Positions 46,727 to 56,625 of a DNA stretch of 64,000 nucleotides are shown here, in pieces. This DNA is from an uncultured bacterium (GTDB lineage: Bacteria > SAR324 > NAC60-12): positions 64,001 to 128,000 of the forward strand of contig CBFIGY010000003.1 in assembly GCA_965662235.1 (NCBI GenBank), in the 5' to 3' direction. The notes beneath the pieces were generated by a model, which was given only the letters and a program-made list of their open reading frames with translations, searched no databases and was not told the DNA's origin. Numbering within the stretch: the first letter of the stretch is position 1; each line of letters opens with the position of its first letter. A program made the position numbers and the translations under genes.

Positions 46727-48442
46727 ATGACAATGGCAACCGAACTGGCCCAGCACTGGGCAGAGCATCCTTTTTTCGACGAAGACACCCGACTCCAAGC
46801 CCAGCGGCTTCTGGAAGAGGCTCATGCGGCTGAGCGAGAAGACTGCTTTGGCGCCGCCCTAGAGTTTGGCACCGGAGGCCTCCGGGGCTTGATGGGCGTG
46901 GGCACCAACCGCATGAACCGCTACACCGTCATGCAGGCCACCGAAGGGCTGGCGCGGTACCTGGAGCTGCATCCGGATCCCCAAGCGCAGGGAGTGGTCA
47001 TTGGCTACGATTCCCGGAACCGGTCACGCGAGTTTGCCGAAACCGCAGCCGAGGTCCTGACGGCTCACCAGATTCGGGTTTTCCTCTTCCGGGAGATTGC
47101 CCCAACGCCTCAAGTGTCCTTTGAACTGCTCAAGCGGAAGGCACAGTCGGCATTGATCCTGACAGCCAGCCACAACCCTCCGGAGTACAACGGTTACAAG
47201 GTTTACTGGAAAAACGGCGGGCAGATTGTTCCCCCGGAGGATCAGGCGATCATTGCTGAAGTCCGGGGCGTCGTGGACTTTTCAGCCATTCCCTCCTGCT
47301 CCCTTGAAGAAGCAGAAGCCCAAGGCCTGCTGGAGTGGATTGAAGCCGAAGCAGATCAGGCCTATTACGAAACGGTGGCCGAACTCTCGGTGGGGAACCG
47401 AGACGACAACCGGGACTTTGGGGTGCTCTACACGCCCCTCCACGGCACCGGAGGACGGTTGGTTCCTGGACTGCTGAAGCACCAGGGCTTTGAGCAGGCC
47501 CACGAGGTGGCAGAACAGATGGTTCCGGATGGGAACTTCAGCACCGTTCCGTCCCCAAACCCGGAAGACCCCAAGGCCTTTGAACGCGCCATGGCGCAGG
47601 CGGATCTGGATGACCGCATCATCCTCTGCAACGACCCGGACGCGGATCGCCTGGGCGTGATGGTCCGGGATGCCACTCAAAACTGGGTGCGGCTCAACGG
47701 CAACCAGATTGGCGTCCTGCTCCTCGACCACACCTTGGCTTCTCTGAAGCAGACCGGAAAGCTTCCGGCAGACGGAGTGTTTGTTGTGAGCATCGTTTCC
47801 TCTCCGCTGGCCAAGGCCGTGGCCACTCACTACGGGTTGCGGACCGTGGAGGTGCTGACGGGCTTCAAGTGGATCCGTGCGGTTGCCGAACAGCTGGAGG
47901 TGGAGGGCTCTGGCTCCTTTGTCTTTGGCATGGAAGAAAGCCACGGCTACCTCATGGGCACCCACTCCGGTGACAAGGATGGCGTCTGGGCCGCCATGGC
48001 CTTTGCCGAAATGGCGGCCTCGCTGGCGGCTCAGGGACTGACACCGGTAGAGAAGCTTCAGCAACTGGAACAGCAGTTTGGCTACCACCTTGACGATCAG
48101 GCCACTCAAACGCTGCCTGGTCTGGAGGGCAAGAAGCAGATTGCAGCCCTCATCCAGCAACTCCGTGAGCAACCTCCGCAGCAGCTGGCTGGACTGTCCG
48201 TGCGCTCCGTGGAAGACCTGCTCAGCAACGAAGTGCACGACCTGCAAACCGGCACCACACAGCCCGGAAAGGGCCTTCCGGCGTCCAATGTGCTCGTTCT
48301 GAATCTGGAATCAGAGGCGCGGGTGATTGTCCGACCTTCCGGAACCGAGCCCAAGATCAAGTACTACTTCAACCTCAAGGACGCAGACGCCACTCAGCTG
48401 GCTCCACGCTTTCAGGCCCTCAAGCAGGACCTCGGTTTATGA
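46727..48442 (+). CDS. pgm: Phosphoglucomutase/phosphomannomutase
   Basis: FGTGGLRG, TASHNP, DPDADR, EESHG, RPSGTEPKIK. Confidence 0.93.
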   Translation: MTMATELAQHWAEHPFFDEDTRLQAQRLLEEAHAAEREDCFGAALEFGTGGLRGLMGVGTNRMNRYTVMQATEGLARYLELHPDPQAQGVVIGYDSRNRSREFAETAAEVLTAHQIRVFLFREIAPTPQVSFELLKRKAQSALILTASHNPPEYNGYKVYWKNGGQIVPPEDQAIIAEVRGVVDFSAIPSCSLEEAEAQGLLEWIEAEADQAYYETVAELSVGNRDDNRDFGVLYTPLHGTGGRLVPGLLKHQGFEQAHEVAEQMVPDGNFSTVPSPNPEDPKAFERAMAQADLDDRIILCNDPDADRLGVMVRDATQNWVRLNGNQIGVLLLDHTLASLKQTGKLPADGVFVVSIVSSPLAKAVATHYGLRTVEVLTGFKWIRAVAEQLEVEGSGSFVFGMEESHGYLMGTHSGDKDGVWAAMAFAEMAASLAAQGLTPVEKLQQLEQQFGYHLDDQATQTLPGLEGKKQIAALIQQLREQPPQQLAGLSVRSVEDLLSNEVHDLQTGTTQPGKGLPASNVLVLNLESEARVIVRPSGTEPKIKYYFNLKDADATQLAPRFQALKQDLGL

Positions 48443-49941
48443 AGCAGGGGTGGTTCGCTTTCCTCTTCTTCCTGAGCCTGCTTGCCTCCTCGGTCCATGC
48501 CCAGAGTCTGCTGACGGAGCAGGTTCGCGTTGAGGTGCCTGTGGTCCGGGAAAACGTTGCAGCGGCCCGTGACGAGGCGCTCAATCAGGGCAAGCAGCAG
48601 CTGACCCTGCGGGGGCTGCAGAGCCTCATCAGCCCCACGCACCAAAGCACCCTGCTCCCCATTCTGCAGCAAGAGGCCCTCAAGGCCGAGGCCAGCGTCT
48701 TAGAGTCCTTCCGCGTCATCTCTGAGCAGCGGGCCGCAGACCTGTCCCGCTTTTCCCTGGTGCTGGAAGGGCGACTCTTCCGGTCTCGCCTGATCGCGTT
48801 GCTACGAGACCGTGGCCTCCCGCTTTCCACCGACAACCGGGTTCCCAAACGCCTGCCCCTTGCGTTGCAGTTGCCTTCCGCCCTCTCTGGCGACCGTCAG
48901 GTGCAGCAGCTCACACAGATGCTCGCCAAGTACCTTGAGCCTTATCAGGTGCAGCTGGGCCAGGCCGCCCGGGTCCGTTCCCTCCAGGGGCTGGATTCAG
49001 CACTGCTCCTCAACCTCGATGCGCCCAGCAACTGGGACGGAAAGCAGGCCAAGGAGGTCACGGTTCAGTGGGGATTGGTGGCGCAAGGGAACCTCCGGGC
49101 GCAGAGTCGCTTCCAGAAGACGCTTGCTCCGGGTCAGGAGCAATGGACCCGTGACCTAGGAGACGCCTTGCTGCTGGAGTGGGGGCCGGTGCTGCAGGCC
49201 GTCTTTGCCCAGGACACTCAGGGCGCCGTCACGGAAATTCAGATCACAGGGGTTCCGGGACCCTTGGAAGAGGCGTTGGTGCTGCGGGTGGCTTTTTCCG
49301 GGAAGCCGCAGTGGAACGACCTTTCCCTCTCTCGGCTGCTGCCTGAGGGAGCGCTGTATCAAGGGGAACTGCGGGGCAATCAAGAAGCTGAGGTGCGAGC
49401 CCTGACGTCTCAACTGCAGCCGCTGGGTCTTCAGGAAGCCGGATGGATTGGACAGCGTCTGCGCCTGCGGTTTGACTGGCAGACTCCACTGCTAGAGCTG
49501 GAGCCCTTTGCCCCAGACCTAATCCTCCAGCGTTTGCTGAAGGAAGCCGAGTGGGATCCGGAGCAGTTTCCAGAGTGGCAGATTCCGGCACGAGGCGGGG
49601 GTCTGACTCGGCTTCCGGAAGAAGGCCGAATGTCTGGAACCATTCTCAACCGTGGTGACTCCGATCTGCTACAGATTCCTGCGGGCTTCTCGGGAACCAT
49701 TCGCTGGCAACGACTGGGACCAACCAACCTCATGCCTCAGGTGTCTCTGTATGACGCCAATCTGCAGTTGCTTGAGCGGCACCGCTTGGGAAAAAAGACC
49801 GCCCTAGAGTTAGACCGCACCGGAGCTGGCGAAGACGCAGGAAGTTTTTTTATACGGGTTTCCGACGAAATTGGCTATATTGAGGGCGTCGTTGGAGGAT
49901 ATCAGCTATTCCACTATATTCTTGAGCTTCGCCCTCAATAA
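48439..49941 (+). CDS. Secreted hypothetical protein (500 aa)
   Basis: Signal peptide ending SVHA; translationally coupled to neighbours; no family recognised with confidence. Confidence 0.8.
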   Translation: MKQGWFAFLFFLSLLASSVHAQSLLTEQVRVEVPVVRENVAAARDEALNQGKQQLTLRGLQSLISPTHQSTLLPILQQEALKAEASVLESFRVISEQRAADLSRFSLVLEGRLFRSRLIALLRDRGLPLSTDNRVPKRLPLALQLPSALSGDRQVQQLTQMLAKYLEPYQVQLGQAARVRSLQGLDSALLLNLDAPSNWDGKQAKEVTVQWGLVAQGNLRAQSRFQKTLAPGQEQWTRDLGDALLLEWGPVLQAVFAQDTQGAVTEIQITGVPGPLEEALVLRVAFSGKPQWNDLSLSRLLPEGALYQGELRGNQEAEVRALTSQLQPLGLQEAGWIGQRLRLRFDWQTPLLELEPFAPDLILQRLLKEAEWDPEQFPEWQIPARGGGLTRLPEEGRMSGTILNRGDSDLLQIPAGFSGTIRWQRLGPTNLMPQVSLYDANLQLLERHRLGKKTALELDRTGAGEDAGSFFIRVSDEIGYIEGVVGGYQLFHYILELRPQ

Positions 49942-49942
49942 A

Positions 49943-50740
49943 ATGCCACAGCCTTCGCTTCGCAAAGCCGATTTTGCCCAGCCCTCTGCCGTGGTTGGAG
50001 AGTACCTTCATTCCATTTACCGCATCAGCTGGTCAGGTGGATCGCCTAAAGCCAAGGACCTTGCCCGGCGCCTCCGGAGCAGTCCTTCCACGGTCCATGC
50101 AACCCTGACGCGGCTCAAGCGAGATGCGCTGATTGAGATTGACCAGCACCGACGCATCTCCCTGACCCCTTCGGGGCGCCAGCAGGCGGAAGCCGTGACC
50201 CTGCGTCACAACCTTGCCGAATACTTCCTCTTCCAGGAGCTGGACATTCCCTGGTACCAGCTGCACCTTCACGCAGAGCACCTGGAGCATGCCCTCACTC
50301 CCCTCGTGACCGAGCAACTCGCTGAGCGCCTGGGGCACCCCAAGTACTGCCCTCATGGCTCCCCCATGCCTGGAGGCGGTGGAAAGTTCACCTGCCCCAC
50401 CTTGCCTCTGAGCGAAGTCCTCCCGGGCGCCGTGGTGGAGCTGCTGATGCTGGATGAAATGCTGGAAAATTCGGAAGAGGTGATGAAGCACTTGCAGACC
50501 CATGCGCTGACGCCAGGGCGTCACATTCGGGTCAGTGTCCGGAGTGAGGAAATGCAAACCCTTGCGCTGCACCTAGAAGAGGAACAGCACCCCAAGGTCT
50601 GCGAGCACTTTGAAAAAGAAGCCTGCTTCCGAAAGCTCGAGGCTCAGCCTCCGGAGCACAGCAACACGACCCCAACCCTCCTCTCTTATGAGGTGGCGTC
50701 ACACATTCTCGTGACTCCGGTTCGCTCCCTCGCGTCGTGA
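49943..50740 (+). CDS. DtxR/MntR-family metal-dependent regulator with FeoA-like tail
   Basis: EYL.SIY, LT.SG...A.....RH.L.E.FL, AE.LEH, CPHGSPMP; ATG at 49943. Confidence 0.9.
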   Translation: MPQPSLRKADFAQPSAVVGEYLHSIYRISWSGGSPKAKDLARRLRSSPSTVHATLTRLKRDALIEIDQHRRISLTPSGRQQAEAVTLRHNLAEYFLFQELDIPWYQLHLHAEHLEHALTPLVTEQLAERLGHPKYCPHGSPMPGGGGKFTCPTLPLSEVLPGAVVELLMLDEMLENSEEVMKHLQTHALTPGRHIRVSVRSEEMQTLALHLEEEQHPKVCEHFEKEACFRKLEAQPPEHSNTTPTLLSYEVASHILVTPVRSLAS

Positions 50741-52363
50741 CGTTTTGGGCTTTCCGCTACTGGAACGGCCAAAGCGAAAGCGGAAGGAGCTGTCTCCAAT
50801 CATAATCTCATCCCCCTCGCGCAGAAACCGCTGTTCCACCCGACGCCCGTTGATCAGGGTGCTGTCTCCTGCCAGATTCACCAGTTTGAACTGCCCACCA
50901 ATTTTCACAATCTTGGCGTGCCGTGCGGCAATTTCAGTGCTGATCAGCTGCACATCATTGGTGTAAGCACTGCCGATGAAGGTGATGTTCCGGACCAACG
51001 GGAAGTCGTTACGGGCATCGGCAAACTGCAGACTCGGAAGCCCCTTGCGCAGCGGCCCATTGGGCTTGATCCACTCGGCCGGCAGCACCGGGGCAGAGGG
51101 TTTGTTGTCTTCAGGCTCCTGCTCCGGAATCTCCTGCTTCGGATTGTGGAACATCAGCACCATCTCGCCCACATCCAGCAGGTCTCCGTGCTGCAGAAGA
51201 CGGCGGTGGATGCGGCGCCGGTTGATGAGCAGGGCGTTTTTGTAGTTCTTGTCCTCCAGCATCAGCGATCCCTCCTGCGGCGTCAGCATGACACGGTGCA
51301 GGTTAGCCGACAGCCGAAGCTTCCGCTGCGTCCGGAGCTTCGTCAGGAACTCTAGGCTTCCTCCAGAATCTGGGATTGGGATCACCTGATCCTTTTCACG
51401 TGGGCTGAGCAGCTGAAGCCCCATTCCCTCGTCGAGAGCAATTCGGGGCCGCCGGTTCCACCACAGGAATCCGGCAAACAGCGCCGCACTTGCCAGCGCC
51501 ACCCCTCCTGACCAAACCGGAACCTCTAGCTCCGGCCAGTAGTGCAGTCCCGGAGCCTGCCAGGTCAGTGCAAATTCCTGAGACGCCGTCCGGGCGTTGA
51601 TCTGCAGAACCTTGCCGTCTCCATGCCAGTTCGGATCCTGATACGTCAGCATCCACTCTGAGTCCGCTTCCTTCAGCACCTGCTCCCAGATGGCCGACAG
51701 CTCCTCCCGCCCCGCAATGCGGTGAACGCGGGACGTTCCTTCAACGCCTGAAGCCTCCACTCCGGGAAAGAAGACTGCGTGCAGGCTGACGTGGTTTTGC
51801 GCCAAGAGGGTCGCAATCTGCTGCTGGTGCCACTCCTCTTCCGGAAAGTGATCCGTGAGCAGGACCACCAACCGACGCTTGGAAGCATCGCTGCCAAACT
51901 CCTTCAAGGCTGATCTGAGTGCCGAAGGAAACGGCTGCTGACGGGGACGAATCTGGTCCGGAAGCGACGCCTCATTGAAGTCGACCAGCCCCCCTTCCCA
52001 AGAGACCTGAACCCGTGTGTTCGCCGGCAGTGTGATCGGTAACAATTGTTTCAATAAAGAAGCCGGGTCTTCGGCGTTCCAAGCACTCGGGAGGAACAGG
52101 AGGATTTCCAGCGGAAGGGCTTCACGCCGGGGTTCAAGCCGATCGATGAGAAGCGTGGTGCCTTCAGACTGAAGCTGAAAATTGAGGGGGAAGTAAGGGT
52201 CCTGATGGATTTCCTCCGGAAGGAGGAGGAAGAGGCGGTGACTTTCCTCCAGCATCGCCTGAGAGGCATCGGAGCCCACCACCACAACGGAGGGTTGACT
52301 GAACGCTCCTCCTGCCCAAAGCAGGAAGGCGATCAGCACGGATGCAGTTTTCCAAACGTTCAT
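50699..52363 (-). CDS. Single-pass membrane protein: periplasmic vWA-like region and two cytoplasmic FHA-like domains
   Basis: Signal peptide, RLVVLLTD, one TM, INRRRI...L.HGD.L.VG and INGRRV....L.EGD.I.IG. Confidence 0.8.
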   Translation of the reverse strand: MNVWKTASVLIAFLLWAGGAFSQPSVVVVGSDASQAMLEESHRLFLLLPEEIHQDPYFPLNFQLQSEGTTLLIDRLEPRREALPLEILLFLPSAWNAEDPASLLKQLLPITLPANTRVQVSWEGGLVDFNEASLPDQIRPRQQPFPSALRSALKEFGSDASKRRLVVLLTDHFPEEEWHQQQIATLLAQNHVSLHAVFFPGVEASGVEGTSRVHRIAGREELSAIWEQVLKEADSEWMLTYQDPNWHGDGKVLQINARTASQEFALTWQAPGLHYWPELEVPVWSGGVALASAALFAGFLWWNRRPRIALDEGMGLQLLSPREKDQVIPIPDSGGSLEFLTKLRTQRKLRLSANLHRVMLTPQEGSLMLEDKNYKNALLINRRRIHRRLLQHGDLLDVGEMVLMFHNPKQEIPEQEPEDNKPSAPVLPAEWIKPNGPLRKGLPSLQFADARNDFPLVRNITFIGSAYTNDVQLISTEIAARHAKIVKIGGQFKLVNLAGDSTLINGRRVEQRFLREGDEIMIGDSSFRFRFGRSSSGKPKTSRREGANRSHENV

Positions 52364-53211
52364 TAGGTCTCGCAGTACTGCAGTAGCGCTGACCCTGCTT
52401 TGATGATGTCTCCGTCTTTGAGTGGTTGTTGATGGACTTTCCGAAAATTTACCTCCAGTTCGCCGCCCTTTTCCACATTCTGCAGACTCATCTGCTCATC
52501 TTCAATGCGGAGGTCGGCATGATGGGCACAGACCTCGGTATACCCCGAGAGCCGTAAATCCGTGTAGCGGCCGTAACCGATGCTGAGCAACGGTGCCGAC
52601 AGCAGCCAGGACTGCCCCATTTGTGGGCCATTGATCACGCGCAACACCGCGTGCGAGGTCAGATTTTCCAAACTCGCCTGCACCAACTGATACGTCAGTC
52701 CGTAGGCGAGCAACGCCACTGCTTGCGCAGGGCCATCAAAGGGAGTAAGCGCTACAAGTTCAACAAGAATCCCACCCGCCACACCTCCGGCGACTCCACC
52801 AAGACAGGGGCGGAGGATGAAATGGGATCGAGCATGAAACACACAAGAAGCTCCACCCAATAACAAACCAAGGAGCCCCCACCCAACCAGGCGGGACGCA
52901 AAGGGCGGAACTTGATAAGCCAACAAATAATCGGCTGAACGGAAAGCAAGCCACCCGCTGACTCCCCCCACAACGGCCCCGAAGAGCACGTGGAGCAAGA
53001 CTTCATTGAAGGGCAGGTGCTTCAAAAGCGGATCCCGAACCAGCAACACGGCTCCCAAACCAGCGGAAGCAGTGATGCTATGGATCACAAAAGGAGAGAA
53101 AGTCAGAAACTCAGTAAAGACGGGACTGAGGGCCAGCAACCCCCAGGCGACCAAGCCAGCAATAGCCCCAAGCGACGCATTTTCCAATAAATGCTTCCCT
53201 TTGTGAGGCAT
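52363..53211 (-). CDS. Multi-pass membrane protein with C-terminal FHA-like domain
   Basis: About 6 Gly-rich TM helices, then LRVINGP..G, HHA.L, L.DGD.I..G. Confidence 0.8.
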   Translation of the reverse strand: MPHKGKHLLENASLGAIAGLVAWGLLALSPVFTEFLTFSPFVIHSITASAGLGAVLLVRDPLLKHLPFNEVLLHVLFGAVVGGVSGWLAFRSADYLLAYQVPPFASRLVGWGLLGLLLGGASCVFHARSHFILRPCLGGVAGGVAGGILVELVALTPFDGPAQAVALLAYGLTYQLVQASLENLTSHAVLRVINGPQMGQSWLLSAPLLSIGYGRYTDLRLSGYTEVCAHHADLRIEDEQMSLQNVEKGGELEVNFRKVHQQPLKDGDIIKAGSALLQYCET

Positions 53212-53308
53212 GAGCGTTCTCTACTGCGGCTAGTGAGTCATCATCAAATAAAAAGGTGTCGCATTGAATCAAATACTTCTGCAAAACACCAGTTGTTTTA
53301 CACAAGCA

Positions 53309-55066
53309 TCAGGTCCGACGGCGTCTGATGAAGGCAGGAATGTCAAGGTTGTTCAAAAAATTGGCATCGGCTTTATTGACCCACTCCGGCACCACCGGCT
53401 GCGTTTGAACAGGAGGGCGATCGTTCCCCAGTGAGGCGTATCCCATGCCAAGCGTTGTCGTCTCCACGGAAGCATCGTTCCGGACGGCAGCAGCGACTGG
53501 TGCGGCTCCTCCACCCGACTGGGGGGCTCCTGGCAATGAGATCGTCGTCATCACCGTAGGTTCCGAAACAGGAGCGCCTAATCGTTCCGGTGATCGTTCC
53601 GGCGCTTCAGGGGCTTCCGGACGCACCGGTTCCGGCTCCGCGTGCAACGGTGCAGAGGCTGGTTCTGCAACAAGTGGAGGAGGTTCAGGAGCAGGAGGAG
53701 GTTCGGGGAAGGCTCTGATGGAGGGAGGTGCCACCGGTTCGGGGGCCGGCTCCGGTTCTTCAGAAAGCTCTTCTGCCGGAAGCTCTGCCAGGGGTCGGAA
53801 GCCTCGTTCGACCACCTCTGGAACCCTAGGGGCTTCCTTGGAAACCGCAGGCGTCTGCACAACGGTGTCGTAGAGGGCCCCGATTTCAGGATCGTCGGGC
53901 TGCTCCGAAACATCAATTTCCACCGCAGGATCCGAATCGTCCATCAGAAAATCACTGGCCACCGGCTTCCGGACACGTTCTCGAGGAGGCGCTGCTTCCA
54001 GAGGCTTCGCAGGTGGGGTGGGGTCGCTGAGCCCACGACTGCCCAACGGCGGAAGCGGCTCTTCCGGGGTCGAGAGGGTTGGGGTCGGGGCCAAAGATTC
54101 CTGACTGTCAAAACCGGTAGCGATGACGGTGATCATGATCTGCTCGCCCATGTCCGGATTCGTGGCGGCGCCCCAAATGATGATCGCATCTTCGTGGCCC
54201 TGCTGTTCAATGAAGCTGGAGGCTTCTGTGACCTCATGCAGGCTCATTGTCTCATCGCCCACGACATTGATGAGGATGCCCTTGGCGCCCTGAATGCGGC
54301 AGTCGCTTAGCAGAGGACTGTGGATGGCCATCTCGGCAGCCTTGCGGGCCCGGTTTTCGCCGCTGGCAATTCCGGTTCCCATCACGGCCTTGCCCTTGTT
54401 GGCCATGACCGTCCGGACGTCGGCAAAGTCGAGGTTGACCATGCCGTCTCGGGTGATCAGGTCAGAAATGCCCTGGATGCCCTGGCGCAGCACGTCATCG
54501 GCATAGCCGAAGGCCTCAATCATGGGCGTCCGTTTGCTGATCATGCCCAAGAGGTTGTTGTTGGGAATCACAATCAGCGAGTCAACGTGCTCCTTCAGGT
54601 CCATCACCCCGCTGTCTGCGGCCTTCCGACGCTTGCGGGCCTCAAATTCGAAAGGGAGGGTCACCACTCCAACAGTCAGCGCTCCCAGTTCCCGGGCAAC
54701 CTGAGCAATCACCGGGGCTCCACCGGTTCCCGTGCCGCCGCCCATGCCGGCCGTCACAAAGACCATATCCGCGCCCTGCAGCGCCTCTCGGATCTGGTCG
54801 ATGCTTTCCTGCGCAGCCGTCCGTCCCACTTCCGGCTTGGCTCCGGCGCCCAAACCGCGGGTGCTCTGGTGGCCGAGCTGAAGCTTGCTCTTGGCCATGG
54901 ACTTGCGTAGGTCCTGGAGGTCCGTATTGGCGGCAATGTATTCAACCCCGTCCACCTGCTGCTGGATCATGCGGTTGATGGCGTTCCCGCCTCCGCCGCC
55001 GACTCCTACAACCTTGATGCTGGGGGCGTCATCGCGAACGGGCTGGATGGAAGTAAAGCTGAGCAT
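53309..55066 (-). CDS. ftsZ: Cell division protein FtsZ with long Pro-rich linker
   Basis: [33 protein letters not shown] tail; ATG at 55066 preferred. Confidence 0.97.
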   Translation of the reverse strand: MLSFTSIQPVRDDAPSIKVVGVGGGGGNAINRMIQQQVDGVEYIAANTDLQDLRKSMAKSKLQLGHQSTRGLGAGAKPEVGRTAAQESIDQIREALQGADMVFVTAGMGGGTGTGGAPVIAQVARELGALTVGVVTLPFEFEARKRRKAADSGVMDLKEHVDSLIVIPNNNLLGMISKRTPMIEAFGYADDVLRQGIQGISDLITRDGMVNLDFADVRTVMANKGKAVMGTGIASGENRARKAAEMAIHSPLLSDCRIQGAKGILINVVGDETMSLHEVTEASSFIEQQGHEDAIIIWGAATNPDMGEQIMITVIATGFDSQESLAPTPTLSTPEEPLPPLGSRGLSDPTPPAKPLEAAPPRERVRKPVASDFLMDDSDPAVEIDVSEQPDDPEIGALYDTVVQTPAVSKEAPRVPEVVERGFRPLAELPAEELSEEPEPAPEPVAPPSIRAFPEPPPAPEPPPLVAEPASAPLHAEPEPVRPEAPEAPERSPERLGAPVSEPTVMTTISLPGAPQSGGGAAPVAAAVRNDASVETTTLGMGYASLGNDRPPVQTQPVVPEWVNKADANFLNNLDIPAFIRRRRT

Positions 55067-55091
55067 AGACGAGCTAGCGGATTGAGGTTGG

Positions 55092-56330
55092 TCAAAAGAA
55101 TTCTTTGAAGACATCCTTCATTCGCCGGGAAACGCGGTGGAACAGGTTGGTTTCATCGCCTCCAAAGATGGGGCGGCCGTAGTTGTTGTTGATCCCGTAG
55201 CGCACCAGTCCAACGCTTGTGGCGTACTTGGGGGAGTAGATCAGTTCGTGCAGGCCAGCGATGTTTTCAGGGAAGCCGACCCGGACCGGCAGGCCCAGGA
55301 TTTGGGCGCCCAGGCGATCGGCGCCGGGCATGATGCAGGTGCCTCCCGTGATCACAACTCCGGAGGCCATCAGGTTGCGGTAAGGGGTCTTCTCAACCTC
55401 TTGGGCGATCAGCTCGAAGATCTCCCGGAAGCGGGCTTCAATGATTTCGGCCAAAACCTTCTTCTTCATGCCACGGGTGTTTCGTCCGCCCACCCCGGGC
55501 ACCTGAATTTCTTCAGACTCAGAGACCTCGCTGGAAAGGGCAATGCCGTGAGCATGCTTGATTTCTTCCGCCTCAGCCAACGGGGTTCCCAAGCCAATCG
55601 CAATGTCGTGGGTCAGGTGATTTCCTCCCAGCGCTAGGACCGCTGTGTGGACGATGCTGCCTTCGGAGTAGATGGTGATGTCGGTGGTTCCTCCCCCAAT
55701 GTCAATGAGGATCACTCCCACTTCCTGCTCGTCCGGACTGAGAACCGCCTGACTCGAAGCCAGAGGCTCTAGGACAATATCCTCGACATCCAGCCCCGCT
55801 TGATTGCAGCACTTGATGATGTTCTGCGCTGAAGTTACGGATCCCGTCACAATGTGGACATTGACTTCCAGCCGCGCGGCTGCCATGCCCAGTGGGTTCT
55901 GCACCCCATCCTGATCGTCGACAATGAATTCCTGAGGAAGGATGTGCAGCACCTCGCGGTCGCTCTGGATCAGCACCTGCGCTGCATCGATCACCCGGCG
56001 GATGTCATCTTCTGTGACCGTCCGGCTGTACACCGTGACCATCCCCCGGCTGTTCTGTCCGCGAATGTGATGCCCTGCAATGCCAGCGTAGACAGAGTGG
56101 ATCTGCTGACCACACATCAGCTCGCATTCCTCAATGGCCTTCTTGATGGACTTGACCGTCTTCTCAATGTTGACGACCACCCCCTTGCGGAGCCCCTCCG
56201 ACTTGGCGGTCCCAACGCCAATGATGTTCAACGGTTCGCGAGAATCGGCTTCCGCCGCAATTGCACAGATCTTTGTGGTGCCAATGTCCAAGCCAACCAC
56301 GAGGTTGCTGCTTCTACTTTTTGGAGGCAT
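55092..56330 (-). CDS. ftsA: Cell division protein FtsA
   Basis: [34 protein letters not shown]-terminal amphipathic helix. Confidence 0.97.
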   Translation of the reverse strand: MPPKSRSSNLVVGLDIGTTKICAIAAEADSREPLNIIGVGTAKSEGLRKGVVVNIEKTVKSIKKAIEECELMCGQQIHSVYAGIAGHHIRGQNSRGMVTVYSRTVTEDDIRRVIDAAQVLIQSDREVLHILPQEFIVDDQDGVQNPLGMAAARLEVNVHIVTGSVTSAQNIIKCCNQAGLDVEDIVLEPLASSQAVLSPDEQEVGVILIDIGGGTTDITIYSEGSIVHTAVLALGGNHLTHDIAIGLGTPLAEAEEIKHAHGIALSSEVSESEEIQVPGVGGRNTRGMKKKVLAEIIEARFREIFELIAQEVEKTPYRNLMASGVVITGGTCIMPGADRLGAQILGLPVRVGFPENIAGLHELIYSPKYATSVGLVRYGINNNYGRPIFGGDETNLFHRVSRRMKDVFKEFF

Positions 56331-56625
56331 CCATGCTACTCAAATGGGGGGATCAAGGAGGGGATTCGGGCCAACTTCCTAACTTCCATGTCTGGCGTGT
56401 GGACCTATCTGAATGAAAAAGATATAGGCTATCGAAACCTATTTGTAAACGCTTGCCGGCTGATTGTCAAACGATATTTCGTCAATCATACAGGCGCTGT
56501 TTCCAGCTGTTTTACCCGCTCTGGAGTCTATAGAAATTCCCCGGCGCTGCCTAGGAAAAAATAATGGATCTTCATAAATTATATACTAATTCAAAATCCC
56601 CTTTTGACCAGAAAATAGGACTTTT

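Noticed and set aside
56461..56488. Inverted repeat TGATTG-N16-CAATCA upstream of ftsA
   Set aside because: Only 6-bp arms in AT-rich DNA and a single copy; not enough to call an operator.
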